From Gekko japonicus (Eukaryota), in contig NW_015176011.1 of the NCBI RefSeq assembly GCF_001447785.1, forward strand, positions 95,219 through 159,218: a DNA stretch of 64,000 nucleotides. Direction: 5' to 3'. Positions 27,101 through 38,306 of the stretch are shown here, in pieces (position 1 is the first letter of the stretch; each line of letters opens with the position of its first letter). The notes beneath the pieces are model-generated. The model did no database searches and was not told the DNA's origin. It saw only the letters and a program-made list of their open reading frames with translations. A program made the translations under genes and the position numbers.

Positions 27101-28245
27101 ACTGAAGACACTTTCCCAGAAGTACCGGGGCTGCTGCCTAGAGTCCAGACATAATTCCTCTCTGCCTGGTACAAATTTGTAATATGGACGACCACCCCCC
27201 CTTTCTGTTCCTACTTCATACATACCGTCTTTTGAGTCATGGAAGACAGAATACCTGGCTTTCCCCCAGTTCCATGTTTGGGCTCTGATGCCACATTTCC
27301 CACACTCTGGACTCTAAGAATTGTCTCAACTCTCCTGCCCCATCACTGCATACTCATGTTTTTTTTGGGGGGGATGCCACTTTGGGGAGTTCTGCCCAGC
27401 TAGAATGCTTTCTTCTGTCTCCATCTAGTACAGAAGTTGGCTCTCTACCTCAGCTCAGCCAATCTGGTCACACTGACTCAGGCCACAGTCACCGCAAGGC
27501 TGGACTACTGTAATGCACTCTTCATGGGGCTGCCCTTGAAGACAATTTGGGAACTTCAGCTGGTGCAAAAAGCAGCAACTTGGCTACTGTCTGGAGCGAG
27601 TGGCAATGTGCATGTCACACCTGCTCTGAAACCACTGCATTGGCTGCCCATTTTGTTTCCATTCGAGTGCTGGTGACTATCTAGAAACCCCTTCATGGCC
27701 TGAGAGCCGCTGACTGCCTCTCCTGAGATGCTCCACTGCGACAGCTCCGTTCTGTGGAGCAAGGTTTGTTACAGGTCCTCCCATCTTTCCAGTCAGGTTA
27801 GAACAGCATCTGCTCTTTCCAGAACATTCTCTGGAATGCCCCCATGGGATGGAATGGCTGTGCTGAGGATTAGGAAGGCCACCGTGCTATTGGGTTTTTG
27901 GAGGCTGTGAAAAACTGAGTTGTTCAGACAGGCATGTTCTATAAATCTGAGCTCTCTGATGTTCTGGTTTTTAGAAAGTAAACAGAGACCAAATAAACAG
28001 AACTGGCACGCTAAGCTATGGAATATGTATGTAATGGCAAGAATTACAGAGAGTGTTAATGATCCCTACTCTCAAAGAACACGATCTAATTCTTCTGTGA
28101 CGTGGTCTCCTACATTACAGTATTTGGTGCAACAGAAGGAAATCCCCGATATTATAGATTTACTACAATTATGGTGAAATAATTAATAACGTGCCAAATG
28201 ATTGTTAGGATTAACAAGGGGTGGACCCGCGATACTCGCGGGGGG
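24185..28245 (+). repeat. ~2.03-kb near-identical tandem duplication (probable haplotype artefact)
   Basis: 24185-26220 vs 26223-28245; 13-bp net indel and few SNPs; junction in poly-G; gap follows. Confidence 0.9.
25410..25920 (+). mobile_element. L2 remnant (duplicated at ~27435-27945)
   Basis: VTARLDYCNALFMGLPLKTIWELQLVQKAA...LHWLP. Confidence 0.85.
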
Positions 28246-28955
28246 GGAGGCAGAGGAGGAAGCAGGAGGAGGAGGTAAGTACCCCCCCATCCTGCTGGTT
28301 CCCCCCTGTCCTCCACCCCCCCATCTCCCCCCATTGCCTCTCCCCCCCAGCTCCTCTTCNNNNNNNNNNNNNNNNNNNNNNNNNNNNNNNNNNNNNNNNN
28401 NNNNNNNNNNNNNNNNNNNNNNNNNNNNNNNNNNNNNNNNNNNNNNNNNNNNNNNNNNNNNNNNNNNNNNNNNNNNNNNNNNNNNNNNNNNNNNNNNNNN
28501 NNNNNNNNNNNNNNNNNNNNNNNNNNNNNNNNNNNNNNNNNNNNNNNNNNNNNNNNNNNNNNNNNNNNNNNNNNNNNNNNNNNNNNNNNNNNNNNNNNNN
28601 NNNNNNNNNNNNNNNNNNNNNNNNNNNNNNNNNNCCGCTTCCCTCCCAAGCGGTAGCGGCAGTTACAGAGCGTCTCCTGCGCACGTGGGGACTGGCCCAC
28701 GTGTGCACACACCTCCCCCGGCCCCCCAGCTGCCCCCGGAGCGCTGATTTAGCGATCCGCACTCCAGGGGCAAGTTCGCTATTAGATATATAGATAGTTG
28801 TATAAGATACATATGACCTATGTGGTGATCTGTTATAGATGGAACTGTATATTTTATTATTATTGGGATTGATGTCTATGTAAATTTGTAATTGATGTGT
28901 ATGTAAACTTGATTGGAAATTCTTAAAAAAATAAAATTATTAAAGACAAAAAAAA
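27975..28955 (+). mobile_element. L1/Tx1-like 3' end split by a Helitron
   Basis: WHAKLWNMYVMARITE...TWSPTLQYL ORF2 C-terminus, AT-rich 3'UTR, A-rich tail. Confidence 0.55.
28215..28794 (-). mobile_element. Non-autonomous Helitron (contains N gap)
   Basis: 5' TCTATATATCTAATAGCG, 3' hairpin CCCGCGA-gta-TCGCGGG 11 nt from CTTG end, inserted between A and T, no TSD. Confidence 0.72.
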
Positions 28956-29551
28956 ACAACCCTATGGGCTCGCCATAGGTCAGTTGGAACTTGATAGCAC
29001 TTTCTACCATCACCTCAAATCTCATAATCCCACATTCTGCTTGGCTCACACCTTACTTTGCCTTAGGCCGTCTGCTGTTCTCATTGTTGCTCATATTAAC
29101 TTTGGGTTTTTCTATTCCCATTGCATTGTTCATTGGATTTTTACGTTGCGTGATCACATGCCCCCCCTTTTTACTTTGTAGTCTGCCTCGAGTCTTAATG
29201 AGAAAGCTAAACAAACAAATAAAAATCTGAAGGTTTCCCGTGACAATTTCTGCTTCAGTCCTATGGAGCTTCATCATCTGGTCCATGTTTCACTCCAGTG
29301 ACACCACTGTGCACAGTTGTTTGGCTGCAAGACTGAAGGAGCAGATGTTGGCGTGGAAATTCGGTACACGCCAATATATTTGAGAGCTGGCGATACTGGC
29401 TGGTACAAGGCTACTCAGGTTGTGACCTCAGAGCGGGTGGCACGATTTTTGTTCTCCCGTTCTATGTGCTTATTTGGCACAAAGTCCAGATGCACCGAGA
29501 GAAAAGTCCGTAAGTAGTGCTTGCAGTCTCTGCTCAGTGAAAGTCCCTAGG

Positions 29552-32309
29552 CTATGTGAGACTTAAGCATGCTTTATTTCCAGAAAACGAAGGGAGGGAG
29601 GGAGCGAGAGGGGGGAATGAAACCCAGAGAAGGGAGGAAAACCCCCCAACCAGTTTCTCTTCCTCGGTCTGATCTGCAAATTTCAATTTCATGTGTCTCA
29701 AAAGTGCTCTGCTAGCAGCCGCGAAATAGGGACTGTCCCTCCTGGGATGAGTAACAAGAATAGAAAGGGCCCAACTGAGAAAGGGGAATTCACTAACTGT
29801 TTTCAAAGCTACTAATAGCCAGGGCGACGGCAGCATTGTAGTCACAGGGACCATGTGCCTCCAGAGCACTGAGAGACCAGCCAAGAAGGGATGCATTGGG
29901 GCAGATTTCCTTTTCTCGGGTGCACACAGAAAGCTCACCTGTGGCTTCCACTGTGAACTGGCGGGGACCACCCTAAACTCCTGAGCAAGAACTTGACATG
30001 CTCCAAGGATGGCTTTACTTTTTGATGCCTGGTTATTTTATCACCTCGTGGATGGAGCACTGTTGCTGGTGGCCTGAGGTTAGAGAAGAACACAGGCTGT
30101 AACTTTAGTTCATCGTCTGGAAGATGTAGACTGAAGGCAAATTCTGATGTGCTACATAAGCCTTTGGTTGCTGTGCAGTCAGAGAAGTGTGGCTGTGGGC
30201 ATATTTCCACACAGCCAGGCTCTGGCCTTTCTCTCTCTCCCCAGCAGAAGAAATTCCAGGCAGGTTGCGATCGTACGCCTCTTTCTCGATGCGGCAGGAA
30301 GGAAGGTGCAACCGCCCCGCTTGAGAGGCTCTGCGGCTCGGCATTTGGGCGCACAGGTGCTCTGAAACTTCCTCTCTGCCGTGAGTCTCTCAGCCACAGT
30401 GTGCCAAGTGGGGGCCTCGGGGCAGAGGGCGTATGTGATCTTCAGCTGGAAGTTCCTGATTGAGGCTGCATCACAGACAACAGTGGCTTGCACCTTTACA
30501 GTGTCCTTCTGTGGAGCAGAATGAGAGTAAATGGGATTGTGGCAGAGATCGCTGACGGATCTGTCCTGCTGACAGCCAGGGACACGGAACCGCCGCTCAC
30601 AGACTGGTGTATTGGGGGAGGCCCAGCTGCATCGCTCCAGAGTACTTGAGAAACAGCCCCTCTTGTATCCGTAGGAGAGAGCTTTCTTAATAGAAGCAGT
30701 TGCGTGATAAGAGTAAAGCAGAACACAGCCACACGCTGTGCTGGAAACCTGGGAAAGGTGCTCCGGGAGAGGACCATGAGCATATTTTCTCTTGACTTTA
30801 AATAAAGTCGAGTGCGGCATTGCACGTGGCTTGCTAGGCAGCGTGGAAGCTTCAGAACCAGATAGTTTGAGCAGGGTGAGAATGCACCACCTGCATCATC
30901 TTCCCAAAGCAGCGTTTTCACAGAGCCAGCTTAGTTTGACACTTGGGGGGGGGGGGCTGCAGAGAGGGTCTCTAACAGCTGTGTGACAGGCAAGTATGTA
31001 ACAAACAATTTTCCAGCATATGAACTCTGGGAAAGCTTTACCTGCTAAGATTCTGCTGATCGTACAGAAACCTGTGCCCAGTTCCCCCTCCCCTGGCAAT
31101 CAAAACTCAGCTGGGAAATGTGTTTACTCCTGTGTGTGGCATGTGGGTCTCTTTCTCCTACTGACACAGGGAGACAGATTAACTCTTCTTTTCCAGATGC
31201 AAACCCCTTTTGTTCTCTCACAAGATGTGGTCCATTTCTTCCCAGGCGGTCTCCCCCATTCTCACAGAGTGACGATCCTATTGATCGTCTGGGGCCTCTC
31301 CTAGCCAAGGACGGTTCCTTTTCTCTCGAAGAGACGGACAGAAGCATTCAAGATCTGATGTGCGCGGGCTGCTCAGTAGTCAGTGTAGGATCTGTCTGAC
31401 CACACGAACAGCTACATCTGATTACTGGGTCTCCTGCGCCATCACCGCCCGCAGTCCCCAAAGCCTTCCCGCTGAGAAGATTGAAACTGCTGCAAGCCCA
31501 GCTAGGTGTGATTCGTACTTACACAACCCAGTTGCCAGAATTGGAAATACAGCTCAAAATTAATTGGATCTGGGAGCTTGTTGGAGCCTGATCCTAATGC
31601 ATGTTTACTTAGAAGTAAAGTCTCTTTCAGTTCCAGTTCCCAAGGACATTGTGCCTAAGACTACAGCCTTCCGCTGTATTTATGAAAAGCAGCCAAGCCA
31701 GTTAATGCTTAATAAAATATTGGTATACTTGGAGAAGTATTGTATTTATTGCTTTAGCAATGTCATTGCAATTCAAGGGAATTGTGGTAAAACAAAGAAG
31801 GGAAAGGAGGAAACAATTGACATCCAGCTGTATTTTGGGAATTTTGAGAAATGGTGGTCATTTGCAGGGCAGAAGGGACCAGTTTACTGAGGACGGAAAC
31901 ACTATTTTCAGTTTTTAAAAATTGAATCAGCTTTCAGTCCTTGGAAATGGGGGGAACGGGGTGTTATGCAAATGTGAATGAATGAATGAATGAATGAATG
32001 AATGAATGAATGAAGCTTCATATGCTGCAGTCCGCACTCAGAGCAGTGTTGACTGGCAAGGAGAGGGCTGAATTTCAAAGATAGGCGTGGACTCACATCT
32101 AGCATGTAATGGGGTTGGCTTCTCTCTTTTTTAACCACTGTCTGACCTGTAGCCATTTTCCAGTTTGGTGGGACAAAGTTCTCCCTGAAATAGTAATTAA
32201 GTGATTCAGAAAGCTTTTCCTGCTCAGTTTCAGCATGGCATGCAGCTATTAAAAGCACAAAGAGGAAAGGTGGTAGCCCTAAAATATAGAATACTATTTT
32301 AGCATTCAT
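29552..32309 (-). pseudogene. Putative decayed gene for a secreted Cys-rich protein, SNAD (secreted AID/APOBEC-like deaminase)-like
   Basis: Signal-peptide exon 32309-32147 with phase-1 donor; phase-1 acceptor at 31472; overlapping minus-strand ORF relay 31347-29552; motifs Q*SDVAVRV, GCVLLYSYHA-x-CF, IP-x-Y...HCCL*; by-eye homology only. Confidence 0.4.
31974..32013 (+). repeat. (TGAA)n microsatellite
   Basis: Direct observation. Confidence 0.9.
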
Positions 32310-33134
32310 TTTTGCATAGAAGACTCATAACTAAAAAGTGTTGTTTTCAAAGTGTTAACCGTGTGTGTGCTGTAATGGCCTCCTCATTAGTCCTGCATAC
32401 TTGCCACTGGGCTGTTCCAATGCAGCGCCACAGCAAAGGGGATTTTAGATATATGTTCTGTATCTAGAATCTAGAGGGAGGCATTTTCTGAGGTTTTTTT
32501 TTAACAACCTGTCAATTGAGTCAGTGATATACCATTATATTATTATACTAATTGAAGATTTTTTAAAAAATAAAAAAAAGATGTGGGGGGTGGCTGCCTC
32601 AGGACACAGGTAGGAAAATGGCTGCTATGTGAGTGGAGCCAGGAGAATCCATTCCAGACTTTCTCACCCACATGGCAGCCAGTTCAGCTTTGCTGCAATC
32701 CTTCCCAAAACAGGTTTTGGGAAAGACTGCAGAAAGGTCTAGGGAAATCCAGGCGGTGGACAGAAGCATCATGGTGCTGTGGCAAGCATCCAACCAGGGG
32801 CAAATCACCAGTGTAGAAACTGTCACCTGCACTATCCAAGCCCTATCTTAAAATCAGATGGCCAGAATTTTAACTTCTTGGCTGTTTTCTAGAAGATATA
32901 AATTGAGAACAAATAGTATATTGATATACACTACAGTATAGTACTTGGACAACATGAGCACTAGTTGGGCAGTGGCACAGATCAGAAATTTGTAACATCA
33001 TAAACAATCAGTCTAGAATAATTTTCTTAATTCCCTACTAACTGCCCTTTCCACTGTTCTAAAGCTAAATTTTGTTGGTCTTAAAGGTGCCACTGGATTC
33101 AGACTTTGTTCTACCAGTCTACATTACATTAGAT

Positions 33135-33700
33135 CAGGAGTCCCCAACACAGTGCCCGTGGGTGCCACAGTGCTCACCAACACCTTTCCTGGTGCCCACC
33201 AAGTAGGGTTGCCAACCTCCAGGTAGTACCTGGAGAGCTCCCACTATTACAACTGATCTCCAGACAACCAACATTTATCTTGCTTTGGAGGGTGAGCTCT
33301 ATGGCATTATACCCTGCTGAGGTCTTTCCCCTCCCCAAACTCCACCCTCCCCAGGCTCCACCCCCCTCAAATCTCCAGGTATTTCCCAACCCTGAACTGG
33401 CAACCCTACCACACCAAGTGTTGTTAGAAAGTGGGCAGGGCCAAGTGGGGCTTTTGCCCAGCAAGGCTTCTAATTGGCCACTGGAGATTTGCTTGCCTGT
33501 GTGATTCTTTTAAAAAAGTGTTGCTTTGGCAGTAGCTGCCACCATGGCATAAAGATCTTCACTGTGTGAGTGAAAGTAAGCTTGGGCGCCCATTTCATGT
33601 CTGCCTCTGCCACCTGTGGCAGCCATTTTGGGGCTGGACCCACTGTCATGTGTTAGAATTCCAAAGGGCCCTGTAAGTTCAAAAAGGTTGGGGACCCCTG
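33135..33700 (+). mobile_element. hAT MITE with nested family C copy (33204-33408)
   Basis: TIR CAGGAGTCCCCAAC/GTTGGGGACCCCTG, TSD CATTAGAT/CATTAGAC. Confidence 0.8.
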
Positions 33701-34210
33701 CATTAGACCTCTGTCCTAAATAAAGACCAGTTTCCTTAAGAAAGGAAACTCTGCCCATTTTCAAGGTCTCTTCAACCATAAAATTTTTAACTTTTTTAAA
33801 AATAAATTTTAAGTCTCTGCTCAGGGGTATTATGTCCTTATGCCTTTTAAAACTCGGCACATGTTCAGGAATGCTGTGTCTTTTAAAAAAACAACACAGC
33901 AGATGATCAGAGACACTGTGGCCTTAGAGTGTATTTTAAACTCTAGAGGCATAGGATCCTTAATACTCTCTGCACATGTGCTTGGGTCACTGTCAACCAA
34001 AGAGTGATTAACACATGGAACTCACTGCCACAGGAGGTGGCAGCGGCGGCCACAAGCATGGACGGCTTCAAGAGGCAATTAGATAAACAGCCACAAGGCA
34101 TAGATAGGAACTCTCAGGCTGGGGCAAGTGATGCACTGTATTCTTGGTCCTTGGGATGTGTGTGGGAACAGCGGGGGGGGGGGCTTCTAGTGTCCTGATN
34201 NNNNNNNNNA

Positions 34211-34490
34211 AGCTGGCATTCCCCTCTGTGGTCTCTCATTCCAGTCCCTGAACACTCCTGCTACACCCTGGGGCTGTCATTGTATTCTGGGACCTGTCAT
34301 TCCAATCCCTGAACACTCCTGCTACCCCCAGGGGCTGTCATTCCACTCCGTGGTCTCTCATCCCAGTCACAGATCACTCCTGCTACACCCTGGGGCTGTC
34401 ATTCCACTCCGTGGTCTCTCATCCCGGTCACAGAACACTCCTGCTACACCCTGGGGCTGTCATTCCACTCCGTGGTCTCTCATTCCATCC
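34211..34490 (+). repeat. 61-bp minisatellite, ~4.5 units, abutting a gap
   Basis: Unit GGGGCTGTCATTCCACTCCGTGGTCTCTCATCCCAGTCACAGAACACTCCTGCTACACCCT at 34270/34331/34392/34453. Confidence 0.9.
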
Positions 34491-35099
34491 ATAGAGTTGT
34501 GTATTTGGGCCTTGAGACCCTAATGGAAAATCCATTCTGCATTTTTATTGCAACTCTACTTGTACTGTATTGTATTTCAATGGAGCCCATGCAAGTCAAT
34601 CACATTCCTGGCTCCCATTATTTCCAATGAGCCTTCAAGCGTCTCCCATTGTTTACAATGGGCAATCCTGTCCTTCCTTTTAGTACATCCCGTTTCCGGA
34701 TATACAAGCAATACTATAAATCATCAAAACCTATTGCTGTTGGACAATAGATTCAAACGAAGAGACTCAAACAGTGCCTTATGTCCAGAGGCAATGCATT
34801 CTTAACTCTGTGCATGCCCAGAGGCACTGTGCTCTTAAGATTCTGAACGATGCATGTTCAGAGGCAGTACATTCTTAGGGTTTTAAAACCCGGTGCGTAT
34901 TCGAAGGCACACTGTGCTCTAAGGCGTTTGAAACTCCGCTCAGGATCACAACATTCTTTGGGGTTTTAAAACTTTGTCCATGCTCAGAGGCACTTCTTTC
35001 CCCGGCTCCCAATCAAGTCCTGCTTCACGACTACAGGAACGACAACTCTGCTCTTTAAAAGCGCCATAACGATGACTCATTATTGCTTGTATTAGTACT

Positions 35100-35720
35100 G
35101 ACAGGGCCCCAGGCCGCCTTGCCAAACCGCCCCCCCTCCTCCTCCTCTCTCGGGTCGGGGAATGAGAGCCGGGACGTCCGGCGGCCTGGGCCTCCTTTTC
35201 CCTCCTCGGCGGTTTCCATGGCGATCAACAATCAAGCGCCGCCACGCCCCCTGAGTCTACGTCACGCGCCCGCGGGAGAGGCGACGGGGGCAGGCGCTCT
35301 GTGGCCCTTTGCCGGGCGGAGGAGGATGCGTGACCACGCGCGCCCCCGTCCGGTCCCCCCCGCCCAACTCGTCCAGCTCTACACATCCGAGTGGATTTGG
35401 AGGCCGGCGAGCTCCATGGAGGAGGAGCCAGCAGCCGTGCCGACGTCACGCGCGCCGGGGACCCATTCGTGCACCTCCCTCATCCGCCTGGAGCAGGAGG
35501 CCAAGCGCGAGCAGCACGCGCGGGTGCAGGAGAAGCGGCGCAGGGGCAACGCCATGCCAGGTGAGGGGCGCGAGTCTGTCCCCTGCTTCCCCCCCACGGG
35601 GGCGGGGCGTAACCCCCCTCGCGGGCGCGTGACGTCACCCAGTTCGCCCGCGGTGGGCCGGCAGGTAGCTCCGCCCCCAAGGCCTTGTTCTGCCCCCCCA
35701 CACACACACCCGGAAAACGC
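35100..35720 (+). promoter_or_regulatory. FUNDC2 CpG island/promoter
   Basis: High CpG density; X-box-like GTTTCCATGGCGAT (35212), CCACGCCCC KLF/SP site, CRE TGACGTCA (~35630), GC boxes. Confidence 0.8.
35416..35560 (+). CDS. FUNDC2: FUN14 domain-containing protein 2, exon 1 (start codon uncertain: in-frame ATGs at 35218, 35326, 35416, 35554)
   Basis: In CpG island; ...GNAMP(G) ends at phase-1 donor CAG|GTGAGG, in frame with exon 2. Confidence 0.7.
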
Positions 35721-36812
35721 CTACTTTGTTAATAGCGGGTCGGTCTACTCAGAAATGGGTCCTGTTTTTCTGTGGCGATTACTTCCGTGTAGCTGTGTAC
35801 AGGAATGCAGGATAACAGCCCCCCTGTACATCCTTACCTGGGAGAAAGTACTGTTTCATATAACTGAAATGCCGCCAAGCGTTTCCTCTGTGCTCTGATC
35901 AAGCTGATTACTTATATGCATTGTCCGTTTGCAATAATTTAGGGTTGGTAGGTTCTCCCCCCCCCCCCCCGCCCCATCGGTAGAGGATGGGGGGGGGTAG
36001 AGTTGTGGGGTGGATCCTGGGGAGGATAGGGACCTCAGTGGGGTACAGATGTCACAAAATCCACCCTCCAAAGTCTCCATTTTCTTCAGGGGAACTGATC
36101 TCTCGAGTAGACTGGAGATGAGCTGTAATTCCAGGGGATCCCCAGGTCCCACCTGGAGGCTGGCAGCCCTAAAAGTTTGCATTCCTGACAAGCATTCTTT
36201 ACAATACCCCTCCCACTCTCAGACTGAGATAAAAAGGACTCAGGTCTCCATTCCTACTTGTGGCTGACAAAGTGAACAAATATACCCTTTGTTGGTCTCT
36301 GAGGTGCTACTGGACTGGAATCCAACTGTCCAGAGGAATGGGGCTTTCTTCTGAGACAGCAAGTACAGGATCAGGCCTTACTTCAGCAGTCACCACTAAT
36401 TTTTTAAAAACAATTGACCTTTTCTTATTGTGAGGACACGTTATTTATATGTGTGTGTGTACAGGCACACGCACATTTACAACAAGACTCTGGTGTGACA
36501 TAATGCATATTTTCATGACATAAATAGCCCACCCTGAGCACTTGCTTCTGATTATTCTTATTAAGTATTTTGTTTTTACTCTCCTTGGGAGGCTCAAAGC
36601 ATCTTACAAAGAACCAATACATGATTTGGAGAAACCAATTATAATACAGTGTATTGAAAGCCAAGGGCGGCCCTTGCCCCAAAGCGGCCTGTTGCATCTC
36701 CACAGCAGTGCTGACGTGGCCTTTCGTGCCAAGGCGAAGCTGAATGAGGTGGTGGAAAGGATGCTTTGTTGCCAGGCTTTTGGGGAGGGAATCTGGGCTG
36801 CAGGCCCGCTAG

Positions 36813-37006
36813 CAATGTTCCCACTAAGCTCTGGAGTCCTGTGAGCAAAAATTCTACTTTCTGAGCTACAGGCATTAAAGTTGTGAGCAAGTGATTTGGC
36901 TACTGTATAAATCAGTTGGCTTTCCTGAGCTAAGACAAAAATGTGTGAGTCGGACGCTAAAAAACTGCGAGCTAGCTCACACTCACTCAGCTTAGAAGGA
37001 ACACTG
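36813..37006 (-). mobile_element. hAT MITE family B
   Basis: TIRs, TSD CCCGCTAG/CCTGCTAG. Confidence 0.85.
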
Positions 37007-37094
37007 CCTGCTAGTACTTTTCTCAGTCATGTTGTTATCCAGCCTTTCCTCTGAGGAACTCAGCACTCATATATGTAATTCTCCCCTTCCCTTT

Positions 37095-37765
37095 CTATTT
37101 ATTCATTTTTCTGCCACCTTTCACCTCAGCAGGGACCAAAAGCAGTTTACATTGTTCTTTTCCCCTCAGTTTTATCCTGACAACAACCCCGTGAGGTAGG
37201 TTAGGCTGAGAGTATAACTGGCCCAAGGTCACCCAGCGAGCTTCCATGGTAGAGTGGGGATTCGAACCTGAGTGTCCCAGATCCTAGTCTGACAGTCTAA
37301 CTACTGCATGACACTGTTCCTTTTCTCCTCCATTTTATCCTCAGCAACCACAGTGCAATGTAGGTTAGGCTGAGAATGTATGATAGTGGGGAGATTTGAA
37401 TCCCCAGCCCTTTCAGGCATTCCAGCCACACTACCACACTGGTGCTCTTGTCAGGTAGCAGTATTTGTGGTTTGCATACATTGTCTTGAGATGCATGCCT
37501 TCAGAAATGTTTTTATTTAAATCAGATTTGTGTATTTACTATATTTATTTACTGTATTTATATCCTGCTTTTCTGCTCAGTCGGGACCCAAAGCGGCTTA
37601 CGTCGTTCTCCTCGCCTCCGTTTTATCCTCACAACAGCCCTGTGAGGTAGGTTAAGCAGAGAGTATGTGACTGACCAGAGGGCACCCAGCATGGCAGAGT
37701 GGAGATTCAAGTCTGGGTCTCCCAGCTTCTAGGCCGATACTTTAACCACTACACCACCCTGGCTG
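37095..37765 (-). mobile_element. Cluster of three Squam3-like tRNA/CORE SINEs; more copies ~21655-21895, 38132-38305, 43490-43695, 44645-44840, 45650-45840, 49620-49835, 53045-53228, 57180-57400
   Basis: Repeated TTTTATCCTCACAACAACCCTGTGAGGTAGGTTAGGCTGAGAG core with reversed B box. Confidence 0.82.
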
Positions 37766-38306
37766 TAGGACAGAAATAATTAAGGCAAATCAGCAGCAGA
37801 TTATGGAATTCTCTGTCACAAGATGCAGTGCTGGCCCACGCCTTGGAAAGTTCAGAGAACTGGTCTGTTGTTGGCACTGGAAAGCTAATGGAACCTCCAG
37901 GTTTAGAGGCAATGTCACTCTGGATACCAGCTGCCTATGGCTATTGCCACCATGCCCTGCCTATGGCCTTTCTAAAAGGATCTGGTTAGCCTTTGGGGGA
38001 AACAGGACATTGAACTAGATAGTCTGTGGGGCTGATCTGGGAGGGCAGTGCTTTTATTCTTAACAACTCTGTGAGGAAGGTTAGTATTATCCCACATTGC
38101 AGAAAGGGGGCTGGGAGTGGTTGGCTTGCATAAGAGCCAGTGTGGGCGTAGTGGTTAAGAGCGTGGGCCTAGGATCTGGAAGGCCAGGTTCCGGTTCCCA
38201 CTCTGGCATGGAAGCTTGCTTGTCCACACACTCTTAACCTACTTCACAGGGTTGTTGTGAGGATAAAGTGGAGGAGAGGAGAATGATGTAAGCTGCTCTG
38301 GGCCAG

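Noticed and set aside
34211-34490. CRISPR-like array
   Set aside because: Eukaryotic minisatellite without unique spacers
35083-35898. 271-aa plus-strand ORF
   Set aside because: GC-rich CpG-island read-through; only the part up to the donor at 35560 can be FUNDC2 coding
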